Source: a virus (Duplodnaviria > Caudoviricetes). From it: a stretch of DNA of 64,000 bases. The position numbers and the translations under genes are program-made. The notes beneath the pieces were generated by a model that saw nothing but the letters and a program-made list of their open reading frames with translations, was not told the origin of the DNA and searched no databases. Position 1 is the stretch's first letter. Each line of letters opens with the position of its first letter. Below are positions 19,782 to 30,591 of this stretch, in pieces. The stretch spans positions 136,095-200,094 of IMG/VR virus record IMGVR_UViG_3300047382_000771; one strand, given 5' to 3'.

Positions 19782-21415
19782 GGAGCGGACCAAGCTGTAT
19801 AGTTATCGTAATAAGAATCTAATTCGTATACAGTTCCATTAGATATTGCTGCTGCGTTTCTAACATCTACATTTTCTATAACCGCTGGACTATAAAAAGT
19901 GGCACCTGGCCACCTATTAGTTTCCTGGCTTCCGTCCTCTTTTCTTAAAGTTGTATTTGTAGCTATTGTGCAAAAACCTTCAGCATATATTGAAAAATCA
20001 ACACCCAATGTTACACCAAGAGCTCTAGTGACCAAAGCGTTCTGTTGAAATGTTGAGTTTCTTTTTAAAGCTACGAAATTACTTATATTATTAACATTAG
20101 ACGAAAAACAAATTCTTGATGGTAGCTCTGTATCAGGATCGTATAAACCACCTTGGTATTCTATGGTTAAAATTTTAGCAGAGTCTTCGGCTAAAAACAG
20201 ATTACCCGCATAACTTAAATCATCCAGGTCTAATTCTAAACCCGATACAAAGCCACCTTTATTTGCAGGATCTCTAAGGTCGTCTGTAGGTGACCCGTCG
20301 TATATGTTTTGTATGTGTAGTCTACTACCATCTCTGACATCGAAAATTTGAGCCATGCCATGCCTGTTTCCATCACTAGCATTGTAATCTCTAATAGACC
20401 ACTTGCATTGGGCAAAATAACCATCTGTTCCCTTGGTTTGCCTGTAAGCCGCAAAGACACCAAAAGTGTATGTTTCCAATACAAAATGTATACCTCTCCA
20501 ATATGTATTGGTTGTAATCCAAAAAGGTAAAGTTGTAAATTGGTATAAATCTACTCCCGCTGGCAAAGTAGACATAACTGCACCAGTTTTGCCTTGATAG
20601 ACTCCTGCTTTTTGCTGGGGCACGCGATCCCACTCTGCAGATAACGCTGGATCAGATGCTAAAGTATACCCAACACCTAGTCTTAATTTAATAACTTTTA
20701 ATGAAGACGCATTGTAATCAGAGCCATAAACATTTATTCTGTTTATAGGTAAATTCAAACTATAACCATTACCGTAAATAAATCCTTCATCCGTATCAGT
20801 TTCAATAAAAATATTTACTGTAATAGCGGTAGACACAATCTCGTCATTTATATATTGGTATGCACCCCTTAAATTAAGAAATCTCTGAGATACAGCCCCA
20901 TCAGAACCAACCGTAAAACCTGACTTATTGTTCAGGTAGTCTGACCCTGTGTTGTTTACATATAAAGTTAATGTCTTAGATGACGCACTCTTTGCGAACG
21001 ACAATTTCTTCTTTTTGTACTTTACGAGAGGGTTTAAGGTGCCTGGAGGGCTCTCGCAAAGAATTTCTGTATACGATGCATCATAACAGGTGCTAACGAC
21101 CTCTAGGCCACTCCCTGGGTCTACAAGACTATCTAGGTTAGCGGATGTAATTGGTGTTGCGTCTACAATTACTTCTTGGCCATTAATAATTTCAACTTCT
21201 GAAGCGGTACTGTTGCCTAGTGGGTTGTTAGGGTCAGCTTGCTCGTTGGCTTTTTCTTTATTATATTCACCAACGAGGTCGCTAACCTTTATCCTGAAGG
21301 TTTCTTCAACGGCGGAACCGTCAGGATTAGATGCAGCTATAAAGTAATCACTTGTCTTTACAGAAGCGTCTTGTTGAAACTCCCTAAGTTCTCTGATTAA
21401 TTTATAACTACTCAT
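19778..21415 (-). CDS. Tailspike/fibre-like protein
   Basis: N-terminal KLIREL...KVSDL anchor. TLYVNNTGSD...FLNLRGAYQYI resembles the start of beta-helix tailspike domains. Confidence 0.55.
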   Translation of the reverse strand: MSSYKLIRELREFQQDASVKTSDYFIAASNPDGSAVEETFRIKVSDLVGEYNKEKANEQADPNNPLGNSTASEVEIINGQEVIVDATPITSANLDSLVDPGSGLEVVSTCYDASYTEILCESPPGTLNPLVKYKKKKLSFAKSASSKTLTLYVNNTGSDYLNNKSGFTVGSDGAVSQRFLNLRGAYQYINDEIVSTAITVNIFIETDTDEGFIYGNGYSLNLPINRINVYGSDYNASSLKVIKLRLGVGYTLASDPALSAEWDRVPQQKAGVYQGKTGAVMSTLPAGVDLYQFTTLPFWITTNTYWRGIHFVLETYTFGVFAAYRQTKGTDGYFAQCKWSIRDYNASDGNRHGMAQIFDVRDGSRLHIQNIYDGSPTDDLRDPANKGGFVSGLELDLDDLSYAGNLFLAEDSAKILTIEYQGGLYDPDTELPSRICFSSNVNNISNFVALKRNSTFQQNALVTRALGVTLGVDFSIYAEGFCTIATNTTLRKEDGSQETNRWPGATFYSPAVIENVDVRNAAAISNGTVYELDSYYDNYTAWSAP

Positions 21416-21419
21416 CTAA

Positions 21420-21785
21420 TTAACCATTCATAATCTCTATGAATTTTTTTGCAGCATCACTACTGGGAGAAAGAATTGATTCACTCTTTCTCGGCATAGG
21501 GGTTCTCCCGTTAGCTGCTACGAACTGTTTGAAAGCTTTCTTTATTTTATTTTTAAGAGAGAGCTTTGTCCCAGAAGGGAAGATACTGGCGGTTACAGCC
21601 ATTGCTTGTAATTCAGATAAACTAGAGGATTCTAATTTCTTATCAAGTTCATCAGCACTAGATGTGCCGAAATGATTTTTTTCCTTAAAACCCAAAAGAT
21701 CGTTGATATCTGGTTGCTTAGTATCTTTTGCTTTTCCGTCTGAGAATTCTATTTGATTCTTTGTTTGTTTCCTTTTCCTTGGCAT
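21420..21785 (-). CDS. Hypothetical basic protein
   Basis: 121-aa ORF with a strong AAGGAGG Shine-Dalgarno sequence and a GTGTAT motif upstream. Confidence 0.7.
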   Translation of the reverse strand: MPRKRKQTKNQIEFSDGKAKDTKQPDINDLLGFKEKNHFGTSSADELDKKLESSSLSELQAMAVTASIFPSGTKLSLKNKIKKAFKQFVAANGRTPMPRKSESILSPSSDAAKKFIEIMNG

Positions 21786-21844
21786 AATAACCTCCTTTTT
21801 CTAGATTTGAAAGAATATACACTATTATAGTAATATTCAGAAAC

Positions 21845-21872
21845 AAAAAATCCACCCGAAGGTGGACTTTTT
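21845..21872 (-). terminator. Rho-independent terminator after the major capsid gene
   Basis: Minus strand reads TCCACC-TTCG-GGTGGA-TTTTTT. Confidence 0.85.
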
Positions 21873-21896
21873 GAAGAGTCGCTTTGTATCTTAGTA

Positions 21897-23000
21897 TTAC
21901 AGATCAAGGACGATTCCAGTCAAGACCCTATTATCAAGGATCATACGACCTTCTTCCATAGAACCGTAGTAACCGATCTTGGACTGACGAACACTGTATT
22001 GGTCGTCTGCAAGCAAGGACATTTCTGAACCAGACTCAGCGTCAAGAGCAATAGCACGGAATAAAGATTCACGGCTACGATCAAGACCAAGTACCAATTC
22101 ATCAGAAGATCCGAATGAGAAACCATGGTTAGTGTTGATCTTTCCACCTGCTGTTTCAAGAGCTGCAAAAGCTGAGTTCAACTTTTGGCCAGCGCCGAGC
22201 TCATTGATTTCCATGATAGAAATACCATAGAATTCAGGAACTCCTGCGTTGTTGTAGATAGCGTTACGCATATCATCTGTAGCAGCGATGTCAGTGTTAG
22301 AACCAGAATGGACAGGCTGATAGGCAAGGGCACGAAGACCTTCTACCATTTCAGGACTCATAATGAGGTCAGTCACACCTTTGATGCGGCCACCCTCAGG
22401 AGAAGAACCAGTCCAAGCTGTGTTGATTCTTTTGGCTTTAGTAAGTAACTTATTGAAATCGTCAAGATTCAATGATTTACCAGCAGCTTTAACAAGATGG
22501 TCATCACCATTTGTTGCGGCATCGTAAAGAGCTCCAAGGATCAAAGAAGAGGAAGTACTTTCCATCTTCAAGAGAACTTCTTGAGCGATACGTGTAAATG
22601 TTTTTCCGACTACATCCATGCGGGATTTAGCAGCATAACGCTTATCAAAGTCAACAGAACTGTCGAGGCGATAAGTGTTAAACTTCATTTCAGAAACAGT
22701 AGGAGTAACAGTATTGGTTGGTAAACCACCAGGTACTGTAGTACTGTAAACTGTTACGTAGTCAGGAGCTGAAACATCATAGTAAAGGTCAAGCGGAATA
22801 CTTGGGCTATCCATTTCGTTGAACTGGAAGCTAGTAAACAAGTTACTAAGAACTGGTGCTTGATTAATGACTTTGACGAGAACTGGTCCGATGAATTCTG
22901 CTAATGCCATTTGTGCTTCGTATGCAACATCTCTGTTGCGGGATGCCATAGCTTTAACAAGTTCGACTTGTTCTTCTGTGCGCTTAAGTGTAATTTTCAT
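21897..23000 (-). CDS. Major capsid protein (HK97-type fold inferred)
   Basis: 367 aa, in the order terminase-portal-protease-decoration-capsid. Followed by a terminator. Confidence 0.85.
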   Translation of the reverse strand: MKITLKRTEEQVELVKAMASRNRDVAYEAQMALAEFIGPVLVKVINQAPVLSNLFTSFQFNEMDSPSIPLDLYYDVSAPDYVTVYSTTVPGGLPTNTVTPTVSEMKFNTYRLDSSVDFDKRYAAKSRMDVVGKTFTRIAQEVLLKMESTSSSLILGALYDAATNGDDHLVKAAGKSLNLDDFNKLLTKAKRINTAWTGSSPEGGRIKGVTDLIMSPEMVEGLRALAYQPVHSGSNTDIAATDDMRNAIYNNAGVPEFYGISIMEINELGAGQKLNSAFAALETAGGKINTNHGFSFGSSDELVLGLDRSRESLFRAIALDAESGSEMSLLADDQYSVRQSKIGYYGSMEEGRMILDNRVLTGIVLDL

Positions 23001-23027
23001 TGTAATATATTATGTCCTCTCTACGAA

Positions 23028-23693
23028 TTAAAGTTCCAACTTGATAACATAATAAGAACCATTACCAGTGGAGGGAGCTCCAGCGAAGTAATCGTCTTTA
23101 CCATACGCTTCACGATCACCAACAGCAAGACACTTGCCGATACGGTTGGTACCTGTTCCGTCGAGTTGTCCGTTAGCTCCAGCGAATACATCAGCGCCTG
23201 CTGCAGGAGCTGTTGCTGGATCTACGAATGCGGAAGCGGCCAATGTGACAAGTCCTCGTGTAAGAACGGGAACAACTTCACCTGGAAGTACAGCTTGCAT
23301 TTCAAGTGCTTTTTGACGATAGTAGAGAAGTTTTTCTCCATTTTCATCGTGGGTTAAAGTCTGATTAAGAGTTACCCCCAAAATATTAGCTTCGTCTCCT
23401 GCAGGCTCAATTGTGAGTTGAGCGAAGGGATATGCGTTGCCTCCAATGTGGGGGTAGTCTGTTTTGCCGAGATAGCTGTTGTCAACATACTTGACTGGTT
23501 CCCATGGCTGGCCATTGGATCCTGTCAAGGAAGCATTCTTAACTTTAACTAAAACTCCGTTATCGTTTACGCCGTTAGCTCCGTTAAGAACTTGGTCAGC
23601 GCTGATTGCGTCTGTAATAGTTTTGTCAAGTGCATAGAGGTTGACAACATCATGCTCGTTGTATTGCCTGAACGGTAATAATCTTAGTGCCAT
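23028..23693 (-). CDS. Head decoration/cement protein
   Basis: Between protease and capsid. VPVLTRGLVTLAASAF...AGADVFAGANGQL...IGKCL is typical of decoration proteins. Confidence 0.65.
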   Translation of the reverse strand: MALRLLPFRQYNEHDVVNLYALDKTITDAISADQVLNGANGVNDNGVLVKVKNASLTGSNGQPWEPVKYVDNSYLGKTDYPHIGGNAYPFAQLTIEPAGDEANILGVTLNQTLTHDENGEKLLYYRQKALEMQAVLPGEVVPVLTRGLVTLAASAFVDPATAPAAGADVFAGANGQLDGTGTNRIGKCLAVGDREAYGKDDYFAGAPSTGNGSYYVIKLEL

Positions 23694-23709
23694 TTTTGTT
23701 TCCTCGTGT

Positions 23710-25284
23710 TTAGTATTGAATTGTTATGCTATCTTCTGAGAAAGCTTGTAGAAATTTTTCTCGAAGCGATTTTTCTTCTTCAGTGCTGGAACCGTTGTTG
23801 TTAGCTAATGCTTCGTCTTCGACTTCTGCATTCTCAATCGCTTCTTCAACGATTTCTTCTTCGGAAGGTGTTTTTTCGGATGCTTCGCTTTGCAAAGATG
23901 CCAAGCGTTCTTGCACTCCAGCTTCGATTTTATCCTGAAGAGCTTTTTCAGTCTCTTCAAGGTGGGCTTTATTTTTATGTTTCCATAATACAGACATCTT
24001 TTCTTTAAAAGATGCGTAAGCCTCTTCGGAATCTAAAGATTGAATTTCATCAGCAAGTAAAGTACGGTCTTCGTCTTCAAGAGCGAAAAGCTCGTCAAGC
24101 TCGTTCATGCGATCATTGAATAGATCGACGGCTTTCTTAGCTTCAACTTCCGACTTAATTGTGCCGAGTTCTTCTGATGTTTCTTGAAGTTGCTGTTTAA
24201 TAGCCTCTAATTCCTGGGCTGTGGATTCAGCAACTTTTTCGAGTTCTTCCTTTTGTCCTAAGAGCTGGTCTTTTTCTGATTGCCATTTTTCACTACGCTC
24301 GATAATAGCATCATGAAAAATTTTAGTCATGTTAGCAACAGCCTCTTCAGACAACTTCTTGGAAGATTTACTCTCCTCAAGAACATTTTTGAATTGGTCT
24401 AGAATTTCTTGTTCCATAATTTGTTTGTTGTGAATGTTATAAGATTGTACATTCCCTTTTTCTGTTTGGGAAATTTTTTGTTCAGTTTTTATTTCTATTT
24501 TATTGAACTGAAAATCATCTTCTGAGGCAATTAAATCCTCAGGTATATCGTCATGAGCCATAGTGATACCTTCTACTGATGCAGCGGGATTGGCAGTAAA
24601 GCCTATTCCTAGGGGGTAAATATCTCCTTTAATTAATCGGTAGACATTTTCTCCTTCTTCGGTTTTGCCTGAACCGCCGTAGCATTTAAGGCATTTTGTG
24701 AGTTTTTCTTTTTCTTCCGAACTTGTGACTATTTTTGCTTCAGATAAATTTTCGCTACCCACTGCGATGTCATATTCATTGAACCCAAGCTCCCAACTAG
24801 CGGAAACTTTATGGTGAAACTCACTTGATTCATCGGTTGATTTTTCTATCAATTTTGCAAAATCGGGGTTAACTGATTTATATACAACAGCTGACAGTGC
24901 AATATTAAAAGGCTCATTAGATGCAAGGAGTTCTGATGACTCTGTAATCTGACTACTCTCATAAGAAGAAAGAGATGATCCAACTATATGACCAACAACT
25001 TTATCTCTTTGGTGCTCTATATTCGTAGGCTTATGCATGAAGTGATCCTTAATTGCAACTGCCGTTATCCCATTTATTCCATCTCCATTTTTATTAAATA
25101 AGTTAGCTACCGCAGCATTAAAAGCAACTCCGATTATATCTATATTTTTCTTAAAGTCTATGTCTTGAGGTATGAGGCTTTTTAGATCTTCTAAATTCGA
25201 AGCACTTGAAATAAAATCTTCTTCTACTTCTTGTGTCGAAATCTCACTAGCAAAGGACGCAATATACTTGAATGGTAAATTCAT
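23710..25284 (-). CDS. Prohead protease fused to a coiled-coil scaffold
   Basis: FNKNGDGI...KPTNIEHQRDKVVGHI...SASWELGF...GIGFTANPAASV, followed by a long E/K-rich coiled coil. Confidence 0.8.
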   Translation of the reverse strand: MNLPFKYIASFASEISTQEVEEDFISSASNLEDLKSLIPQDIDFKKNIDIIGVAFNAAVANLFNKNGDGINGITAVAIKDHFMHKPTNIEHQRDKVVGHIVGSSLSSYESSQITESSELLASNEPFNIALSAVVYKSVNPDFAKLIEKSTDESSEFHHKVSASWELGFNEYDIAVGSENLSEAKIVTSSEEKEKLTKCLKCYGGSGKTEEGENVYRLIKGDIYPLGIGFTANPAASVEGITMAHDDIPEDLIASEDDFQFNKIEIKTEQKISQTEKGNVQSYNIHNKQIMEQEILDQFKNVLEESKSSKKLSEEAVANMTKIFHDAIIERSEKWQSEKDQLLGQKEELEKVAESTAQELEAIKQQLQETSEELGTIKSEVEAKKAVDLFNDRMNELDELFALEDEDRTLLADEIQSLDSEEAYASFKEKMSVLWKHKNKAHLEETEKALQDKIEAGVQERLASLQSEASEKTPSEEEIVEEAIENAEVEDEALANNNGSSTEEEKSLREKFLQAFSEDSITIQY

Positions 25285-25308
25285 ACTTTAAGTAGATACA
25301 CCTTTTTT

Positions 25309-27372
25309 TTACTTTTTACCATTTTTACTGTGATATAAAATTGCAGCAGGATAAGATACTACTTCATGTTCTACAGATATATTAAGTATTTCAGGTAATG
25401 TATCAAGTGTTTCTATTTTATTAAAATCTTGAATGCATTCCTTTAAGGTATCACTCCAAGAAGTTTTTTCAGTTGACACAATAACTGACTCCACCAAATT
25501 ATCAAGTAAATCTTTTTGGTTTTTGGAGAGTCTTTTTTTATTGTAATGAGACTTCATTAATTTTTCAGCATCTTTAGACAAAGACTCTATATCATATACC
25601 ACAGACTGAATATCTTGCCTACTATAAAAATTATCAGTAGATGCAATTGAATTAGTTTTAGTATTTGTTCCTGCTGGTCTACCAGGCTCACCAGAGGGCT
25701 TTTGCTGAGGATCTTCTTTGCTAGGCTCATTTTGAAGGTCTTGGCTTTCCATCTGTGAGTCATGCTGCTCTTGCTTCATCTCTTGATCTTCTTCGGTAAG
25801 AATAGGCTGAGCTGCAGCAAGAGGAGTGTAGTAGCCTTTTCTCCTGTCTTCTACAAGTTTTTCTTGAGCACTCTTGAGTTCTGAAGGGTTGGGGTAAATA
25901 CCCTGCTTGATAGCGGTCATTCCTTGCTCAGGAGTAATAATACCCATCTCAATTAATCTAGACGCAACTCTTTGTAGTTGGACCTCATCCTTAATATCTA
26001 TCTCTACAAATTTAGCTGTTGGAAAGTTTTTTAATCCAACCATTTTGCAAACCTCTTTGATTTGAGGTTGAAGAAAATCGTTAAGGAATGAATTTCTAGC
26101 TTCTTTTAATCTTTCAAGAAATATCTGAGCCTTTACCTGCGTACTTGAGTAATTTTCTTTACCCACAATAATGTTCTGCAAACCTTCCTTGATATCTTCA
26201 TTTACAATCTGGTATTTTTCAGGGCCTAAAACTTTATTTAAATCAGGTATAACGAAATCAGCTTTAGTTGTATAGTCTGCAATCAATGCCCTTCCAACAC
26301 TCTCATTTAAGAATAGTTGCTGCATTGCTTTTAAGTTGTTAGGATTAACCCCTCCTTTGTCAGGAGTGTTACCCATGGTAATTAAAAGAATTACATTTTC
26401 TACTGTTCTACTAATTGCTTGGTCAACTTTTTTTAATTCTATTTTCCAGTTAATATCATCTAGCACAGGAAAACCAAAAGGAGTCGCAAAAGGTTCGTAA
26501 TCTTGTTTTTTATAAAAAGAATAAATTAATTTATCTGGGTCAAGATCAATAAGAACACCATCACTCTCGAATGAATTTTGGCTTATTTTTTCTTTTGCAT
26601 CCTGAGGCAAAGAGTCGTATACTTCTTTATCGTAATCCGTTTTTGGGTTTTTTAACCTTTCGATATCGTACTCACTTAGTAGTTTTTTATATACTCCATT
26701 TTTTTCCTCGAATGTAATACTCCTGTGAGCTACAAAGTCATAAGGATTGAGGAATACATACCTCATTGGAATTTTTGTTGCAGCAGCGGTAGATTGCTCT
26801 GCGTATATTTTATTTAACTTAGACAAGTCCGAAGACTTAAACTTACCATCAAGCTTGTATACAAATATATTACCAGACCTATAAAACTCTCTAAAATATT
26901 GATCTTTAATTTTCCAGCCCTGAATTTTTTCGAGCCACTTGTAAATAAAGTTCTTTGATTTTTCCGATCCGCCATCTAAATATATATCCGAATTAGCAAA
27001 CTCCGCCATTACATCTACAGCATTTCTAAAGATGGGTACATTAGCATATGCTTTTTGACATAACAGTATAGTATCACGAGGAGAAATATATGAATCCTTA
27101 TAAGAATAAGGTAAGTCCATATTTTTTATGTGAGAATATTTATCGCACGAAGGTTCCCTTGCATGTATAGCTCTCCTAGACCTACTTGAGTCTGCTGAAG
27201 TGGTCTGGTTTATATTCCTTGAATATGCAGCGTTACTGTAAAATGTTTCCCCTGCGAATACTGGACCAGTATTATCTGCAGCCGATGAGCTTTCTAAAAG
27301 TTGATCAATCGACTTTTCTTGACTTTTAAACTTGTTCCAGTAGTCCGACTTCTTAGTGTATTTCCTAGCCAT
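25309..27372 (-). CDS. Portal protein
   Basis: CQKAYANVPIFRNAVDVMAEFAN and YEPFATPFGFPVL. Located between terminase and protease. Confidence 0.85.
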   Translation of the reverse strand: MARKYTKKSDYWNKFKSQEKSIDQLLESSSAADNTGPVFAGETFYSNAAYSRNINQTTSADSSRSRRAIHAREPSCDKYSHIKNMDLPYSYKDSYISPRDTILLCQKAYANVPIFRNAVDVMAEFANSDIYLDGGSEKSKNFIYKWLEKIQGWKIKDQYFREFYRSGNIFVYKLDGKFKSSDLSKLNKIYAEQSTAAATKIPMRYVFLNPYDFVAHRSITFEEKNGVYKKLLSEYDIERLKNPKTDYDKEVYDSLPQDAKEKISQNSFESDGVLIDLDPDKLIYSFYKKQDYEPFATPFGFPVLDDINWKIELKKVDQAISRTVENVILLITMGNTPDKGGVNPNNLKAMQQLFLNESVGRALIADYTTKADFVIPDLNKVLGPEKYQIVNEDIKEGLQNIIVGKENYSSTQVKAQIFLERLKEARNSFLNDFLQPQIKEVCKMVGLKNFPTAKFVEIDIKDEVQLQRVASRLIEMGIITPEQGMTAIKQGIYPNPSELKSAQEKLVEDRRKGYYTPLAAAQPILTEEDQEMKQEQHDSQMESQDLQNEPSKEDPQQKPSGEPGRPAGTNTKTNSIASTDNFYSRQDIQSVVYDIESLSKDAEKLMKSHYNKKRLSKNQKDLLDNLVESVIVSTEKTSWSDTLKECIQDFNKIETLDTLPEILNISVEHEVVSYPAAILYHSKNGKK

Positions 27373-27417
27373 ACATTATAATACACAAAAAAGTTAAAAG
27401 TTACAATAAAAGTTACA

Positions 27418-29295
27418 TTAAATTAAAATCGGGGTAAAAGTAGAAGCAACATCTTGGTCTTCTACATTTATCATATCGTAATATGTCTTAATCATCCAGT
27501 TCCCTAGAACCAAAGCTGAATAAGAGTCTTTTCTAGCTTTGCCTGGACCAGTCTGCCTCCTTAGATTTGACGGTAAATTAAATGTTTGAGTCCCCTGTGG
27601 GGTTGATGTGACCTGTATCAATGCACATTGATTCTTTGTGTAATTCAACATGTCATACTGGTGGTCAACAAAGTCAATCATCATTGCCTGACCCTTAGCT
27701 TTGATTAGTTCTTTCTGGTTAGGCATGAATGTCAGATCGTCAATAGGTATTTTTTTACCTATTTGCTCTCTGTAATCTTTATCTAAGGCCCTAGAGGCAA
27801 ACCATATTCTCTTATGGTCAAAGTTAGCTTGCAGCAGCTCATTGGACCTCCTAATCCAATCTGATGTAGCTTTCCTTAATACGCAGATTCTTTTATCTTT
27901 AACATTATACTGCGTTTTAGCTACCCTCAACTGTTCTTGATAGTTTTCAAGGTCATCAAAATTTGCTGTTATTTCTTCTAGCTTTATTTTGTCGTTACTA
28001 AATTTTTGGCTAGCATTAGCCGCCTGCATAAACTGTACACCTCCACCGTAGTCACCTACAATTGCTACAATATTAAAACTATGCAATAGATAATGAAAAT
28101 AATTAATATGGTCATTCATCTTTAAGCCAGGCATAGCATAACTATGAACCAATGTACCAGTTTTAGTATTATCGTTCAACTTGAAGACATGCATTGCAAA
28201 GTCGTCAGAACTCTCACTCTCAGCCCAACTAGGATCAAATGCTAAAAGATACTTCGAATCTTTATGGCCAGCGACTTCCACACAAGGGCCTTGCCCGTCT
28301 TCAACCGTGCAGGCAGCCATAGTAGATGTCTTAAAGAAGCCAGAGCTATCGTCAGTAAATATAGCACCAAACTCACGGTCGAATTGAGATTGGCTCATGG
28401 TCTGCCTTGATTGATTAATCAAGTTTTGATCGTAGAGAGCTTTAGGTGCCACATCATAACTAAAATGCATAATCACTCTATTGGCTTCATCCATTTCTTT
28501 AGCTTCCTTTGGGCCATGAATTATTAGGTCTTCAAAAGTTTCATATACCTTGTATAAATATTCAAATTTATAACTAGCAGAAGATAGGGCTATTAATTTA
28601 TTGTTTGGCCAAACTTTTCTCTCATCTTCATTCATTTTGCCAGAAGCTATTAATTGGTTCTCCATCTTTGTGAACCTCTCTCTTTCTGTAGGGTTTTGAA
28701 CGACACTCAAAAACGGCAATATAACTTCATTATATACATGCTCAGGCATCAACAAGAATTCGTCAATAATAATTCTATGAAACCTAAAACCACGAAGCTT
28801 AGAACCGTCACCCAATGGCAAAGCAATTATTTTAGAATCCCCAATCTCTAAGGTCCACTGATCATTCTTTTTTGATTTTTTTGTAATGCATTGACCCAAA
28901 AACGCAGCCTCTGGTTTTTTAGCGATATCTTCAATCTTTTCAAAAATCATTTTAGACTGCCTAAATGTAGCAGCCAAGATACCTATCTGTATTCCTTGGT
29001 TGAATATAGCATCCAAGAAAGCATATATAGCAGTACTGAATGACTTTGACATACCACGACTCCATATGCCAAGAAAGTAATCTGCTTCTAGCATAGACTT
29101 GATAGCTAAATGCTGAAAAGGAAACAAGTCAACTCCTGCTATGAGGTTTGAAGTGAAAGTAATATTTGACCTTAAAAATTTATACAAATAATATTGGGCT
29201 TCCTCCTCATCCAGGTATCCTTGTAGATCAAGTATTTCTTGGTTTGTTTTATCGAACTCAAGATTGTATTTTTGTACTCCTGGTTCCCAAGTCAT
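27418..29295 (-). CDS. terL: Terminase large subunit
   Basis: Walker A SRGMSKS, Walker B RIIIDE, GDGSKLRG, and an RNase H-like C-terminal domain (AFDPS...KDSYSA). Confidence 0.92.
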   Translation of the reverse strand: MTWEPGVQKYNLEFDKTNQEILDLQGYLDEEEAQYYLYKFLRSNITFTSNLIAGVDLFPFQHLAIKSMLEADYFLGIWSRGMSKSFSTAIYAFLDAIFNQGIQIGILAATFRQSKMIFEKIEDIAKKPEAAFLGQCITKKSKKNDQWTLEIGDSKIIALPLGDGSKLRGFRFHRIIIDEFLLMPEHVYNEVILPFLSVVQNPTERERFTKMENQLIASGKMNEDERKVWPNNKLIALSSASYKFEYLYKVYETFEDLIIHGPKEAKEMDEANRVIMHFSYDVAPKALYDQNLINQSRQTMSQSQFDREFGAIFTDDSSGFFKTSTMAACTVEDGQGPCVEVAGHKDSKYLLAFDPSWAESESSDDFAMHVFKLNDNTKTGTLVHSYAMPGLKMNDHINYFHYLLHSFNIVAIVGDYGGGVQFMQAANASQKFSNDKIKLEEITANFDDLENYQEQLRVAKTQYNVKDKRICVLRKATSDWIRRSNELLQANFDHKRIWFASRALDKDYREQIGKKIPIDDLTFMPNQKELIKAKGQAMMIDFVDHQYDMLNYTKNQCALIQVTSTPQGTQTFNLPSNLRRQTGPGKARKDSYSALVLGNWMIKTYYDMINVEDQDVASTFTPILI

Positions 29296-30218
29296 GACTT
29301 ATCTAAAAAATATTGCATATCTGTATTCCATAATTTTTTTCCGTGAAACAATAATCTAGGTATCAGGAATTTTGATTTTTCTCTACTACCAGAAAATATA
29401 AATTGACATGTACCCGCATAATCATGAGATATAGCTCTAACATTATGCCAAATATAGGAAAGGTTTGATTTATGTGGACCATAATCATTATTCTCTATAA
29501 TACTATCGATACTCGATTCCGTAACAATAAAAACATAAGAAGAGAATTCCTTAGCCCTATCGAGTTCTCTGCGAAACCTCTGTATACCTGTCGAAAAAGT
29601 TCCCTTAAAATCTGATTCACTTTTTCGATCTATGTAAGTATAATCATAATGAGGCTTACCTATAGCATAGTCGCCGAAATCTAGCTTCATGAACATACTG
29701 CGCGGAAATTTCAAGGGCTGTTGTTCACGTGTGTCAACTAATATTTTAAGTTCATCAAAAAAACTATCTTCTGTAAAAAAGCCCGCCATTATATTCTTGT
29801 TGAATAATGGCCTTATTTTCAATTCGTCGCAAGCCGACGAATAGGAACCAAAAAAACTTTTATATAAATCTATATCAGGTAATTTATTTAATAGAAGCTC
29901 TATATGACTTGGAGCAAACTCTAACTTCTTTTCTTCTATTCTATTCTTAAGTCGCTTAAGCAAATATAATTTAACATTATCTGGATCAGCATATTCTACC
30001 CATTTAAGAAAATTATCATAATTAATAAAATCATTATTAAAATAATCATTCTTATTTTTAAAAGGCAAAAGTTCACCTGAATGTAAATCTTTTCTACTAT
30101 AGAAATTAACATAATACTCAGCAAGAGTAATTTTATGTATTTTAGATACATGCATATGCAGGCCCTTATCGTTCTTAAAGGACTCGCCGCAAACCTTACA
30201 CTTAGCAGGCATAAACAA
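29292..30218 (-). CDS. C2H2 zinc finger plus ERCC4/XPF-type endonuclease
   Basis: CKVCGESFKNDKGLHMHVSKIH, then ILVDTREQQP...LDFGDY...IDRKSESD. Confidence 0.8.
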   Translation of the reverse strand: MFMPAKCKVCGESFKNDKGLHMHVSKIHKITLAEYYVNFYSRKDLHSGELLPFKNKNDYFNNDFINYDNFLKWVEYADPDNVKLYLLKRLKNRIEEKKLEFAPSHIELLLNKLPDIDLYKSFFGSYSSACDELKIRPLFNKNIMAGFFTEDSFFDELKILVDTREQQPLKFPRSMFMKLDFGDYAIGKPHYDYTYIDRKSESDFKGTFSTGIQRFRRELDRAKEFSSYVFIVTESSIDSIIENNDYGPHKSNLSYIWHNVRAISHDYAGTCQFIFSGSREKSKFLIPRLLFHGKKLWNTDMQYFLDKS

Positions 30219-30222
30219 ATAA

Positions 30223-30591
30223 TTAATAAGGCCTTACAACGCCTTCAGACAGCATGAGGTCATTGATACATACTTTTGTATCTGAATCGTCGTAATATAA
30301 CTCACCCAGTACACGCCCGTATTTACCACTACCCACTGAATGCAAATATATAATATGCTCCTTACATGTTTTTGCCAAATGTGATTTGGCTATTAGCCCC
30401 AACTTTTTCTCATGTATTCTATCATCTAGATTTTTAATTTTACTTTGTAATCTAGTCTCTGGTGCATTTATTCTATTTAATCTTATTCTTTGTCTAGTAG
30501 ATACTTTAAAGCCTAAGTCTATATCTGCATCTATAGTATCTCCATCTACAACTCTTATATTGGAGAGCTTATAGTAATATAGTTGACTCAT
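30223..30591 (-). CDS. Thermonuclease (SNase-like)
   Basis: RVVDGDTIDADIDLGF...RIRLNRINAPE...GKYGRVLG. Confidence 0.9.
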   Translation of the reverse strand: MSQLYYYKLSNIRVVDGDTIDADIDLGFKVSTRQRIRLNRINAPETRLQSKIKNLDDRIHEKKLGLIAKSHLAKTCKEHIIYLHSVGSGKYGRVLGELYYDDSDTKVCINDLMLSEGVVRPY

